A stretch of DNA of 61,953 nt, filler included, from Choristocarpus tenellus KU-1152 (lineage: Eukaryota > Protista > Phaeophyceae), in assembly GCA_964200185.2 (NCBI GenBank). It is 9 parts of 9 records of this genome, joined end to end, with 100 filler letters (N's around TTAATTAATTAA, not from the genome) between each part and the next. Parts side by side here need not be neighbours in the genome. Positions count along the whole stretch, not along the records: positions 33,184 to 40,014 come from CAXNAD020007254.1; positions 40,115 to 42,735 come from CAXNAD020026198.1; positions 42,836 to 52,995 come from CAXNAD020003113.1; 6 more parts are not named here. One strand, written 5' to 3'. The notes beneath the pieces are model-generated. The model worked only from the letters and a program-made list of their open reading frames with translations, made no database searches and was not told the origin of the DNA. Made by a program: the position numbers and the translations under genes. Of the stretch, positions 33,184 to 45,335 are shown piece by piece (positions within the stretch are counted from its first letter, which is position 1; the number at the start of each line of letters is the position of its first letter).

Positions 33184-36100
33184 ACCTTCGACGCCATAAG
33201 AGCCCCTGAATGAAGAGAAGGCGGGAGCGAGCGCGTGGGTCCGGCATGCATCAAACTTGACAGTGACATCACACAAGCAGTTATTGTAGATATTAATGAA
33301 ATCTCATACCACTAACATTATAATAGTCCTATTTTTGTGGAACGCAAGGCAAATAACAAATGGGGAAAAAAAAATGCAAACTATAGGAAATTCTGTAATA
33401 GAAGGAAAGACGGCAAAAATCGTGTAGTGAAGACAAGTTACACTATCATGCGATTAATGTACTATGAAACAAAGAACTATGAACGGCCCGGGGGAAAGAG
33501 CAAGAGACACAAAAGGAAATGCAATGTACAAAGAACATGAAAGAATATGGGGAAAGTGAAAAAGAAAGACACACGACATAATCCGCATCTCCTGAACGGC
33601 CGCACAATGTTCGATGGGCACACGGGCGGACTGATAACGGCCATGGCGGATTGCAATAGTCTCCAGCAATATACCCGTATTCCAGTGCTGGCGAACTCCT
33701 GAACTCACCGTATAGGCGGTGTAAGCGCACGGCCCATGGCTGGGGCACAAATAGCGCGATGGTGCCCTGAGGATGTAGCTTCATCTGCAAGCACATAACC
33801 ACCTGATGCAAGTGTTCATTGGTCGCCTCTTTGTCATTGAGGAGTATTGGCTCGGCAGCAATGGGCACTATGGCGGGCTTTGGCGCGTTATGGAACTCGA
33901 ACTCTTTCAGGTCGTCTAAGGGTATCGTAGGGTCGAGAGCGAAGCTCGTGTAGTGCAGTGTTCTCAGTCCTGGTTGGACATCATGACACACGACACGGTA
34001 TACAGACAGCACAACAAGAAGGACAGCATCGTAAGCAACAGTGCAGGCAATCGTATCATTAAGTGAGGTCCTGACAATATTTCGATGGCATCCCCAAAAA
34101 GTCAAGGCGCACCCTCCACAACGCCAGACCCATCAGATACATCTCGTGTAAGGAGGGTAGACGTAAAAACAATAAGTTCCATGGTCCATGGAAACCTCCA
34201 AAAAAACGACACATCCAATGCACAAAGGACAAGCAATCTACATGATGTACAAGCAGCCAAGACCCACGTGCAAACCAATGCGAAACCGAACACGCAGAGA
34301 CGACTTGTATGTCCGTATAATGTGCAACCACGCCAAGACCCACATGCACTTCTCCATGTCCCCCGTCTTGCTGGGTGAGGGGGGACGTAAAAGACTTTGT
34401 CTGGTGGGTGACCCGCCCGCGCTCCTTGCGTTACGTTTACCCTTACCCTTGCCCCTGCCCCGACCCGCTACTTCCTTCCCCACCAATCCAAACCCTTCGC
34501 TGCCCTCCTGTGCCATGGGGCAATTGATACATAATCGATCCTTGTGCCCCTTGTCGCCTACAATCTCCACGTAGGCACATTCGCCCATATGCATGATGAA
34601 GCACTTTGGGCATGAATACCTGTCGCGCGTGTCATGGAAGGAGAGCGTTAAAGAGGCAGGTTAGTATTTTTCCAAATCATTAATTGGGCGCAACAACGCA
34701 ACACAGGGATGCACGTTTACGAAGTACCACGAAATTGGTGGCTCAAAACAGTATGAAGTAGTACAGGTGAGATACAACAGTCGGTGATGTACATGCATTA
34801 AAACACAATCGAACAGTGGAAAATAAAGAGACGTGGGGGTAGCGACTGCAGCGCCACACACAGAGGGACCCCGCAAGTTCCACCGGTTTAATGGCGCGTA
34901 CTGCTGAAAAGATACAACCTAGTTAGCCGTTCGGGGGATTGGCAGGAAATAAATCTTACGCAATTAATTACCCGCCATCCCCGTGTGCACCGTTACAACT
35001 ACATTACTCACCGAGACGTAGGTGGAGGATTGCATCCAGTACAGCAAACGGCCGCGTTCCACCCTCCATGGCTGTTTTGTTCTTCTTCCGCACCAGGAAC
35101 GCTGCCGACAGAACCCCCTTCGCCCGTATCCTCCCTGTCTGGCAGTCCGTCCCCTCCCTCGTTTCCATCTCCTCCTCTATGTTCAAACCCTCCCTCGTCT
35201 TCTTTTTCACGGCCATCTGATGCCAATCCGTTGTTGCTCTCGACATCTGCGCCGCCACCATCACCGCCCCGCCCGCTGTGAACCTCGTGGAGGTTGAACC
35301 GGTTGAGGACATCCTGGTATTTCCCATCCCAGGAGGTGAGGTAAGTGCATAGAGTTGAGTCCTTCTCGATAATTTGGTGTTGGGCATGGCGGAGGACGTT
35401 GTCGAGGAGAGGAGGGGACGATGGTAACGTTATAAATGGGAGAGTGTAATGGAATTGCCATAGCATGTCAACCGAACAACGGAGCAAACCTATCGGTTTA
35501 TGTGGTGAACGAGTTTAATGGATGCGGCTTGCGGCTTGCGGGGCGAAATAGTTTGAAAGAAGTCTATGTCGAGGACGCCAGTCTGTCTGTAGGTTATGAC
35601 AGTGACACGTGTTGGAGGCAGAAACGAGGTGGAGATTGACGAAGATCGTTGTCTAGAGAAAGTAGAAGGAAACGATTGGCTATTCCCGCTATTAGCAACG
35701 AAAGACTAGAACTGACAAAACAGCATCGTTTGTTGTAGGGAAGGCAACTCTGTTGCTCATGATGATGACGAAGACCCACTACCAATCCTACCAAGCGTCA
35801 ACTAATTGTTTTTGTGCAAGTCATGAGCCAAAGTATCTTAGAGGGTACAGCCGCGTCCATTTGTGGACTAAACTCCAATGTCGCGATTTTTAATAATTTT
35901 GGCCATCATATTAATTTTAAAGTGTCAATATCCTTGTTCCAGACACGCACCTTTTCATGATGTACACATTTTACCTAGTCTGAAACATTTTGGAATAGGA
36001 AGATGTCATAAAAAAAGCCCGGGAAGCCAAGCCCCAAATGGACAGACAGGGTAAAACTCGTACCCTCTAAGATACTTTCACTCCCATTTCAGCTATAATT

Positions 36101-38556
36101 ACCAACACAGGAGGCACACTCACGGCTCTGACCCGTTGCATGGGTTTCATTCCGACTACCGCCGCGATGTTTGCCCTCAGCTGCCGGACGGGCCCCGCTT
36201 GTTGGTTGCCAAATGAAACCTTCTCCAGAAGTTCGGCCACCTCCCTCTTCCTCTCCTCGTGGTGGGGCTTGACCCAGATATCGTGCATATTGCCCTTCTC
36301 ATATGCGAGCTTGTTCATTTCCCTGGCAGCCCGTGCATCATTCACATAACGTCCAAAAAAAAAAAGTTTTGCAACAGTCGGGCAACAGTCAGTAAATGCG
36401 GAGCCGAAAAATATGCTGACAGTATATTTTACAATTGAGTACATTTTATAATTGAGGGGCACATGGCCACGTGTGGGTGCACAGGAGATACAGAAAAGGA
36501 ACAAATGGAAGATAACAGCTGTAACTTCCACCATTTACAAACCTTTGGAGCTCTGGTGTCCACTTCTTCTTGGGCACAATCTGCCTCGTGCGCGAGACAA
36601 GCGTTTGAGACATGTGCGCATCCGATTCGATCTCCTTGTAGTCCCTCGCCGTAGGAACCCTCCTGTTGAACGACTTGTATCTGCAAAAAGAGAATGGCCA
36701 TGAACGACGTCAACAAGAACGATGCGCAGATGATGGTGACAAAAGGGTCGCCCATACATTAAATATTCATGGATCGATTGTTGTAGTCATGACAGACAAA
36801 AGCACGCATAACAGGAAACACACACTATTGGTTGAATCATAAACAGGAAACACACACTATTGGTTGAATTATAAACAGGAAACACACTATTGGTTGAATC
36901 TACAATACTACGAAGGGTTCTTCGTTCAACACAACAATGGCCGACAATATTGTTCATCATAGAAGACACTTATTTCACGTCAATGTGCAATGTGCTGCGA
37001 CCTGCACACATTGCGCTTACTGCTGTCTACACGATAAAACACAGCGGCGGTTTGACTTGCCTAGCAAGCAGATGGATGCATAGCCCCTGCTTGAGAGAAG
37101 TGAAGCCGGCAAACTCGTCGCGACTGAGATAGTTCAGTGTGACTGCGTAGCGGTCGACCTGCGGTGCCTTGCTCTCACACACTTCCTTCAGTACCTCGAA
37201 GGACTCTGGTTTAAGGGAGTTTACGCCTTTCCGCCAGTTTCGTAAAGTTGATTTCGACGGGGGAGTAACGCCCACCTTGGCGATGGGCAGAAAAGAAAAA
37301 TATCATGCACCCAGTCAGCCAGGATGAGGCATATCGTTATTACCGCGCCAACGGGGTATGTATGAGTGTGGGGGGGGGTTATTGAGCGGCCTGACCTAAT
37401 GATAAAACAAACAAGGATATGTTTATTGTTCATCTGTGGTTAACCACTCATACATACTACCACACGGTCAGCCGTAAATCCATAAGTTGGTTGACAGGGT
37501 TCCTAAACGCGGGAAAACTATATCAACTTAGGTTGAATAGGAGGACACAGGGATTTCACAACAGCTGTAACCTAACTAGAGGAGGACTATAGGGCCACCA
37601 TCCCACTAACGTTGACAACTCCCTCACCTTTTTGTACATTGTGCAGATCTCCACTATTGACACTTCTTTTTTCTTCGTCTGTCGCTTGATAGATTCTTGG
37701 AGCTCGTGCTGAAAATATATCTTATCGTACAGTGTGCGCTCAACCACACTCTCGGTCGCGTCGTTGAATGCTATAAGCGTGGCGGTCCAGTGGGCGAATG
37801 GGACAAGGGTTAGGTGGGGAGCGGTCGCGGGACACACGCGGCATGCAGTACTGAGCAACATGCTGCTGCGGACAGAAATACCACGAGGGAAAAAAAAGAT
37901 CAACAACGAAAAGATCAACAACGAAAAGATCAACAACGAAAGATCCTCAATGGACTGACTGACGATGAACCAAGGTAAGGAAACTCGGCAACAACTTTGT
38001 ACATCAGAACAGTCATGAGGCGATCATGGAACAACGTAAACACTCTACTTACTTTGTTGGTTGGTTAATCAGAGTCACCAGGCGATCATGGAACAACGAA
38101 AACACTCCATCACCCACCGTTTGCAATTAGCCTCTCTTCTGCTTGATTGAACTCCATGTAGACCCGCATCATGAAAGCGCGTTCGGGATCAAACTCTCTC
38201 TTCAGCACCGTTATTCTATGGTTTCCGTCCAGTACTCGCCCTTGAATGGTAAGCGCAGTTTCGGCGGTGAGCTGGTTCAAATCACCTAAACAGTCTCCCT
38301 GGATCACTATAGACGGGGCAAACTGCTCCAGCCAGCCTTTCTCGTGGATGGACTTGCTTACGCGCGTAAGGCCACTCTCGCTCAGTGGACGCACCATCTC
38401 CGTGCATGTGATGTTGCCCAGTGTCATCCGGTACATGCCCAGAAAGTGATCTTGTAAGAGCGACGACATGCCTTTCAGATTGCTGTCCCACGTTCTCGAT
38501 CCGTGGGCAACGCCGTCGGTGGACGGGTGGGTTGTTGTTGAGGGAATGCTGGACAT
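33184..38556 (-). pseudogene. Multi-exon ParB/Srx-domain protein with HTH-like, acidic, PHD-like and possible degenerate MTase-like regions; probably TE cargo, partly decayed, 3' truncated
   Basis: ATG 38556. Exons 38556-38118, 37770-37628, 37275-37061 (GC donor), 36680-36543, 36352-36220 (acceptor reads GG), 35652-35490 (in-frame TAA), 35402-35012 (acceptor reads CG), 34619-~34446 (donor uncertain), 33969-33709. ParB motif VRPLSESGLTRVSKSIHEKGW..APSIV..VLDGNHRITVLK. Zn finger CCTGC-x8-CPKC-x3-H-x3-C-x14-CINC. Confidence 0.75.
35825..36083. mobile_element. MITE family A, in an intron of the ParB-domain gene
   Basis: Same TIRs and body as the other A copies; flanks TCAT/CCAT; 259 bp. Confidence 0.92.
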
Positions 38557-39079
38557 GGCGAAGATTGAGAGGGTGTGACGGGGATCGATAAATAGCAGGT
38601 CAGCGTGGTATGTACTGAAGGGAATGAATTGAAATGAGGAGTGAGGGATGGGAGGTGCTGCTTTATTTAATCTGGTCGGTCTGTCTTCAAAACTCAGATT
38701 CGTCTTTCCCTTGAGAATTGTGTTGTAATAAATACGAATATCAAACAGCATACGATTTCATACTGAAAAGAGAGAGAGAGTAGATGATTTTTTGCGACCT
38801 TTTCGTTTTGTACGTTTGAAGCATATTGCATCAAACGATGTGGTTTGTAATTGTATTTGTTGATTTAAAGATTAGAATATCATTAATAAAATTGTAAAAA
38901 TCCTCATGCAGGTGTTTAGGGTTACTTCAGTTTAAAAGAAGAGAATGACAATTCGAAACTGTTATACCCCTTTTTGTCATCTCTAGATTTTTTAAGAATG
39001 CGTATGTCCGAATGCCTGTCCAACAATTTCAGATTTTGTACCTTAAAAAATAAAAGGGAGCGACTTTTTGTTGACCTTT

Positions 39080-39428
39080 TTGGTTTCTGAATATTTGAAA
39101 GTACGAAATCGATGAAGTATGTCCTTTGCAATTAAAAAGATACAAATCACATACTATATTCGGATATATAACTTCAAAATGCGTCATGCATGGATTCCTC
39201 AGGATAATGGATCTCAGGGTGGTCCTGTCGATAGCCTGAGGCTCAAACTAAGTTGGTTTCTGAATATTTGAAAAGTACGAAATCAATGAAGTATGTCCTT
39301 TGCAAAATAAAATATACAAATCACATACTATATTCGGATATACAACTTCCAAAATGCGTAATGCACGGATTTTCAGGATCAGGGATCTCAGGGTGGCCCC
39401 ACCGACCGCCCGGGGCTCAAACAAAGTT
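39080..39428. repeat. ~174-bp tandem duplication in the intergenic region of the ParB/transposase pair
   Basis: tggtttctgaatatttgaaa...ggctcaaacNaagtt occurs at ~39080 and ~39254. Confidence 0.9.
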
Positions 39429-39502
39429 CGTACGCACGGCTTCGAATCTAATCACTCCTAGACCTTCTCACTGCCCAAGACTGCCTATTGCCCGAAAACA
39501 CA

Positions 39503-39978
39503 ATGACAGTTGCTTCCACAGCAAGGGGGTGGCTTTTGTTGCCTGCCTCTCCCCCTGTGTTGCCCCCTCACCCGCCCGCCAACAATGACATGCTGGAGCT
39601 TTCAACCAATGATGCTTCAGCGACCAGCGCCAAGCTTCACTGAGGATGGGCTGAACCCATCCCTGTCAAGGAACAGAGTGACTGCTGCAAGCGCTAAGCC
39701 TGTGTGAAGAAGTTCGCGACAGATGGCGAGTCCTTCCTTGCACGCACGTTGGCCAAGGAGCAGGACATCATCTGGGCATGTGAGAACCGCCGCGATCGCA
39801 AGCACTTCGTTGGCGACCGTATACCTGTGACTAAGTTGGGACCTGGAGGTGGATCTATGCTCGCGGCCGGCATTCCCGTTTGCACACAGTTTTTGAAGGC
39901 ATCGTTCAGGATATCTAATCGTGTCATCGTCGCTTGCAAAGGCACACCTAGCTCAAGAGCATCCACCGGCTTGGATAG
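39503..39978 (+). mobile_element. First exon of a Sola-like DNA transposase, disabled by two in-frame stops
   Basis: Frame runs from ATG 39503 through TGA 39641 and TAA 39695 to donor AG|gtgggt at 39978: DCCKR*ACVKKF...EQDIIWACENRRDRKHFV...AGIPVCTQFLKASFRISNRVI. The CC-x3-4-C ... G-x-x-VC-x2-F-x4-F-x-IS pattern resembles the N-terminal Zn-binding region of Sola-type transposases. The catalytic core is not in the contig. Confidence 0.55.
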
Positions 39979-40639
39979 GTGGGTTTGATGTATGTACACG
40001 GTGTTACTTGTACCNNNNNNNNNNNNNNNNNNNNNNNNNNNNNNNNNNNNNNNNNNNNTTAATTAATTAANNNNNNNNNNNNNNNNNNNNNNNNNNNNNN
40101 NNNNNNNNNNNNNNGTGATTCTCTTCGCCACCCTTGCCTGAGTGAACCACGCCGCCACAGAATCACACGATTCACATTAGTTATATTTGATTTAGATTCA
40201 AGGTTACCTTCTTTTTTTCTACTTCCTCATCTTCATGACGCAACTTATCAGTTGGATAGCATGTGTTGATTTTTTTTTGCTTGAACTGGCATTGCCCCAT
40301 CGCAAGTCATCCATCACTCTGCAACACGTCTAAGACATACGCCGGGATGCCATATAAACAGAGTTAAAACCATCATTTGAGACCCTTCTCTACCAAGGTG
40401 ACAACCCTCTTCACAGAGTACACAGAAAATTTGTGACTTCGTAAAATACTCGTACTTCTACCGTGTTCTGCGAGGAGTCTCACGATGTGTTTTTCAACAC
40501 CTTGGCGGCGGTCCCCTGCGCAACGGCAGTGAATCATTGCACATCACCCTGACTCAACTAAGAAAGGACCATGCCTAAGCATGTATACAAATTCATTATG
40601 TATTGTTACAACATCAACATAATATGTATTTCGAGGATA

Positions 40640-41180
40640 TAGATTCACTTCGCGTGGACACAGTGGTAAAGATCACTAAGTAGTCCAGCTCTGTATCCAA
40701 CACCAAGTTTCTTCAGCGCTGCATCGGGTCAGTAAATGGAAGCGTACGGATTACCACCTGTCATACGGTGACATACTCGTAAGAACTGGATGCAGTGCAT
40801 CAAGCCTACCATACGCAAACGAAGGCTGCTGTTTCGAGTTTATTGGCGGGCACGGACAATGCTCCCTCGACTTTCCCAATCTAACTTTATCTTTGGGGAG
40901 AGCTTGCAGCAGAGAAACCAAAGGTAAAGATGGGAGGGTCGGAAAAAGCTGGTGTTCGTGCTTTCAAGATAACATCAAGTGTTTCAAGATCCCGAATGAT
41001 GGGTTACCTGCAGAGGACAAGTAATCCAGTTACGTGAAGGATCGACTCATTACTTAATGGACGTCTGTTATACTGAGGAGACTGATGCAGGTACGGCTCG
41101 GCATGCGGAGGTGGCCACAGTCACCAAATACCCGTTAAAGTGCCTCCTTACCTTCGGATTGGGGATCGTGTCTGGCCTAG
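40640..41180 (+). mobile_element. Degraded 3' fragment of an RTE-clade LINE
   Basis: Frameshifted pieces KFLQRCIG / KWKRTDYHLSYGDILVRTGC / TIRKRRLLF resemble the post-RT C-terminal region of RTE elements. Confidence 0.7.
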
Positions 41181-42623
41181 GATACCCTACTTGATATTGC
41201 AGTGGCATAGAAAATAGACGCACCTGTGCGCAATTTGATGTTGAAACCGCGCATAAAACAGGATAATGTAATCAAATGAGATAAACGCATGATGTTACGT
41301 GTGTTTTGCAATGCACGCACGTTTCAGGCACGCACACTTGCGGACAACATTTCTACCAATAGAATAATCGGTCTGCATTGAATCAATTGAATAAATTCTC
41401 CCTTTAATCTCTTCTCTTACCCTTCCACATCGGCATTGTTCACGTCTACAGCACGAGAGCCCTAGGATTTCATTGCGCGCGATGCCTCTGGTGGCCCTGA
41501 TATTGATTGTAATCTTTGCGGTCGTATTCTTCATACCTATCGTTCGGTGAGGTTGCTAATGCACGGCCTACCTCCCCCCCTGCTTTGATTAATTTTGGCC
41601 AGCTTTTTGTGTACGTGTACTTCTAGTAGTATTCAATGTCTTGGAAGTTGAACTGATGTTGCACGTATAAAACTCTATGTCGAAGTACTACGCGTTTATC
41701 TCACGGATGAAGGACAAAACAAAGTCTTGATGCAATGATCCATGAAAAACGTGCAGGTTAACTTGACAGAAAGTATCAGTCACTGCATCTTTTCCATTCC
41801 TCAAACCTTAGTCCCATCTCTCACCAATTTAGGAGTAAGAGACCACTACGATCCCCAGCACTACGACCTGAGGGAGTGACGTTTGGTCAGATAGGGGGAT
41901 GCAAAAAGACAATAGACTTGAAGAGATACTTGAGTGATAAACCTCCTTCCACAAGAAGTTGTATCTGAGGCAGAGGGGACACGCGGAGGGAGTATCTTGA
42001 GACGATCAAAGGGGGGCGTATTGCACATTGGAAAATAGAGTGAGGATGAATGGGGGAAGGTAGATCAAGCACAAAAAATACGCAATTCGGTTACCTTTGC
42101 CACATCGATTGTTCTGCCAGAGTCCTATATACCCCATCTCGCTTCTTGTTCGTGATATTGATTGTCTATTCATTACGCTGCCAGGTGCCTGGGGTACAAA
42201 TTCAACAACTATGGAACCCAGTAGCCACCCACGCCATCAAATAATAGACTTGAGACCTCACGTTGCTCGCACTACATGCCAGAACAATAAAATACTATAG
42301 GGGAGAAGCTCCAGATAAGCTTTGGTGCGTGTCCAGTCGTTTCACTGCCCAGCATCCAAAGGAACACCATCTTCTTCGTGCAGGGTGGGATGCTCAGCGG
42401 TTTAACCTAAAATATTTATTCAATATACAGGTGCCAGTTAGAAGTTGTCTAGGGGTGCCAGACATGGGGACACGACAACAAAAGAGGGAAACTATACGAT
42501 ATGGGAAGAACACTTATGTGAAAAGGCAAATACAGTTCCACACTGCTCTGGTGGACGATGATACCTATATTCCAGGTAGCTACAGTGGGAATACATTCAT
42601 TGCTGTATTATTTTGTAAGGGAT

Positions 42624-42735
42624 GAGTGAAAGTATCTTAGAGGGTACTGGTTTTGCCCTGTTTGTCCATTTTGGTGCTTGGCTTCCCACGATTCTTTCCA
42701 TTACATTTTCCTACTCCAAAATGTTTCGGTGTAGG
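42624..42735. mobile_element. MITE family A, truncated by contig end
   Basis: GAGTGAAAGTATCTTAGAGGGTAC plus family body up to the linker. Confidence 0.9.
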
Positions 42736-42835
42736 NNNNNNNNNNNNNNNNNNNNNNNNNNNNNNNNNNNNNNNNNNNNTTAATTAATTAANNNNNNNNN
42801 NNNNNNNNNNNNNNNNNNNNNNNNNNNNNNNNNNN

Positions 42836-43515
42836 CAAATACAGATACAAACCGCATCCTTCATTGATCTAGTACGTTTGAAATGTACGAAACGAAAAGA
42901 TCACAAAAAACTGTTACTACATTTCTCTTTCCAATATAAAATCGTATGCTGTTCGATATTCGTACTTTTTATTACACAATTGTCAAGGGAAAGACAAATC
43001 TGAGTTTTGAGGACCGACCGACCAGATGGAACAAAGCAGCACCTAAAAATAATAATATTCTAATCTTTACATCAACAAATACAATTACAAACCACATCCT
43101 TCATTGATCCAATACGTTTGAAGGTACGAAACGAAAAGGTCAAAAAAACAGTTACTCTCTTTCTCTTTCCAATATGAAATCGTATGCTGTTCGATATTCG
43201 TATTTTTTATAATACAATTGTCAAGGGAAAGACAAATCTGAGTTTTGAGGACCCAATGACCAGATGAAATAAAGCAGCACCTCCCATCCCTCAGTCCTCA
43301 TTTCAATTCATTCCCTTCGGTACGTACCACGCGCACCTGTTATTTACCGATCCCCGTCACACCCTCCCAACCTTCACCATGTCCAGCATTCCCTCAACAA
43401 CAACCCACCCGCCCGCCGATGGCGCTGCTCACGGATCGAGAACGTGGGACAGCGATCTGAAGGGCATGTCCTCGCTCCTAGAACATCACTGCCTCGACAC
43501 GTATAGGATGAAACT
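42836..43515 (+). mobile_element. Second, truncated copy of the ParB-gene promoter and first 45 codons
   Basis: Homologous to the reverse complement of ~38420-38880. ATG 43379 gives MSSIPSTTTHPPADGAAHGSRTWDSDLKGMSSLLEHHCLDTYRMK. Upstream ~240-bp unit tandemly duplicated (starts 42836 and 43076). Cut off by the MITE at 43516. Confidence 0.9.
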
Positions 43516-43794
43516 GAGTTGAAGTATCTTAGAGGGTAGAGTCGCGTCCATTTGGGGGCCAAAATCCAATGTTGCAATTTTGATGTAATTTGGCAATCAT
43601 GTTGTTAGAAGATGTCAATATCCTTGTTCTGGACACACCTTTTCATTATTGTACATTTTATCTACTTCAAAACATTTTGGAGTAGGTAAAAAGTCATTAA
43701 AAACCCGCGGGAAGCCCGTTCGTGTAGGAAGACGTCATGGATGGACATCACTACTTGCAGGGCAAAACTCGTACCCTCTAAGATACTTTCACTC
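43516..43794. mobile_element. MITE family A with non-matching flanks
   Basis: Both TIRs present; flanks AACT/ATGG; internal segment ~43715-43757 is replaced. Confidence 0.9.
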
Positions 43795-44520
43795 ATGGAG
43801 AAGGATACGTAGAAATATATACTCCTTGAACCGACACTGAGTTATGTGCCAGATTTAGATGAGGGAGAAACACTCAATGCCAGAGCCAAGGGTAGGGGAC
43901 TATAGTTCAGATGGGACGATCAGTGGATGCGAAGGACTGTGACCAAGTACCAGCCCCACTACACGGTGAAAGTTAGAGAGGAGCGAGTCAGCTACCCCTA
44001 CGAGGTCAAATGGGAGAATAGCGACTTGCTCAATATCCAGCTTCTTGTCTTCTTGTTGTATGCATTTGGTATATTGAATTTATTATCTTCCCGAAGAGTT
44101 TGTGTTTATGTGTCCTCATACGCATGTTTTTATTGGCCCGGTGGCAACCTAGATTCCATCTCCATCAGTGCGTTCTGCCACCATCCTCTACCACTCTGAC
44201 TGCCATGCCCCAATCCTTTTTCCTCCCCTGTTTGTGTTGATCGGACCACAGAGCAATTGACAGAAACCTCTCACTAGAAATACGCTAACCCACAAGCATC
44301 TCGTACTCCATACCACCATCTTCAGCACAAGTCGAGATGTCCACAACAGATTACCTCTCTTCCACACCCAAACCAAGCGGCGGCAACCACGCCGGCTCCA
44401 AACTTTGAACCCAACGACAAGTTCCCTGAGCCATAATAACATAGTCTACACCCTCTCAAGTACCAAGCGTAGGTCCTGAAGGCATTTTAGTCCAAAATAC
44501 ATCATACGAGGACGGTGGCT

Positions 44521-44981
44521 GAGTCAAAGTATCTTGGGGGGTGGTGGTTTGTGAGGGGGCGTCCGTTTTGGTCCGGACGAATTGCTTAAAAATCATACAA
44601 CCATGAGAGAAATTGACACAAGTTTCGATCAACTCAAGCCTGTCTGTCCTCCCTCGCCCTTGTGCCTTGATGATAAAATATCACCCACCCAGGAAACACG
44701 GACGCCCTTTTCCGGCGCTCAACGAGGAAATGTGATAGTAAAGGGCTCTAAACTGCGAATCCTGTACCTGTGTATGAACGACGGGAAAGATCGTCAAACA
44801 GTGCTCAAGATGGCAGCAGGGGGGAGGTCTACATCAGGGTGTATATTTAATCAAAATCAGGAAAAGTGCATTTACATCATCTATCCGACATATGCAACCA
44901 AATCACCAAAAATTGCGACATGAAAAAATTGACCCCAAAAAGACAGCCGCCACCCCCCCCCCTTCCCAGATACTTTGAGTC
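44521..44981. mobile_element. MITE family D (G-run TIRs); isolated ends also at 13741, 13862-13888, 28811, 32970
   Basis: GAGTCAAAGTATCTTGGGGGG ... CCCCCCCCTTCCCAGATACTTTGAGTC; 461 bp; no TSD visible. Confidence 0.8.
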
Positions 44982-45126
44982 GAAGCCCGTACTCTGGATG
45001 GCATGGTGACGGGCATCACGAATATGCTTGTATTTTTTTAATCCGATGCCTACATCAAAAGTTATGACGGGACAACCCCAGAGGCATAACCCATTGGTAC
45101 CACTATATGCACAAATATTTGTATGT

Positions 45127-45335
45127 GAGTTAACAGAGAGGTAGGCAGGGTTGCATTTCAAGAATCCCAAAAATGGGCAAAAAGACATCATTTGTAAAAT
45201 TACGGGAAGAGCCCTTTGCTGGATTGAGATGTCACTTTGCGTGTTGAAAGGGGAAATATCGATGTGAAGGTTGAAGGAGTGGTGAAGATGTTCCAATCTA
45301 TCTCTACACAGGAATCTTGTTGAAACCCGAGATTG
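45127..45335. mobile_element. MITE family C, partial, reverse orientation
   Basis: GAGTTAACAGAGAGGTAGGCAGGGTTGCATTT followed by the reverse-complement family body. Confidence 0.7.

Noticed and set aside
36810-38100. Short repeats (30 bp x3 at ~36830, 15 bp x3 at ~37895, 18 bp x2 at ~38020/38080) as a spacer array
   Set aside because: Simple intronic tandem duplications without unique regular spacers.
41880-42470. Possible chromovirus 3' end (LVR*G..T* fragment, purine tract, LTR)
   Set aside because: Motif too degraded and LTR boundaries/TSD not demonstrable.
43800-44441. Possible solo LTR (also 24080-24342 and 47146-47371)
   Set aside because: TG..CA ends can be picked but there is no matching TSD or second copy.
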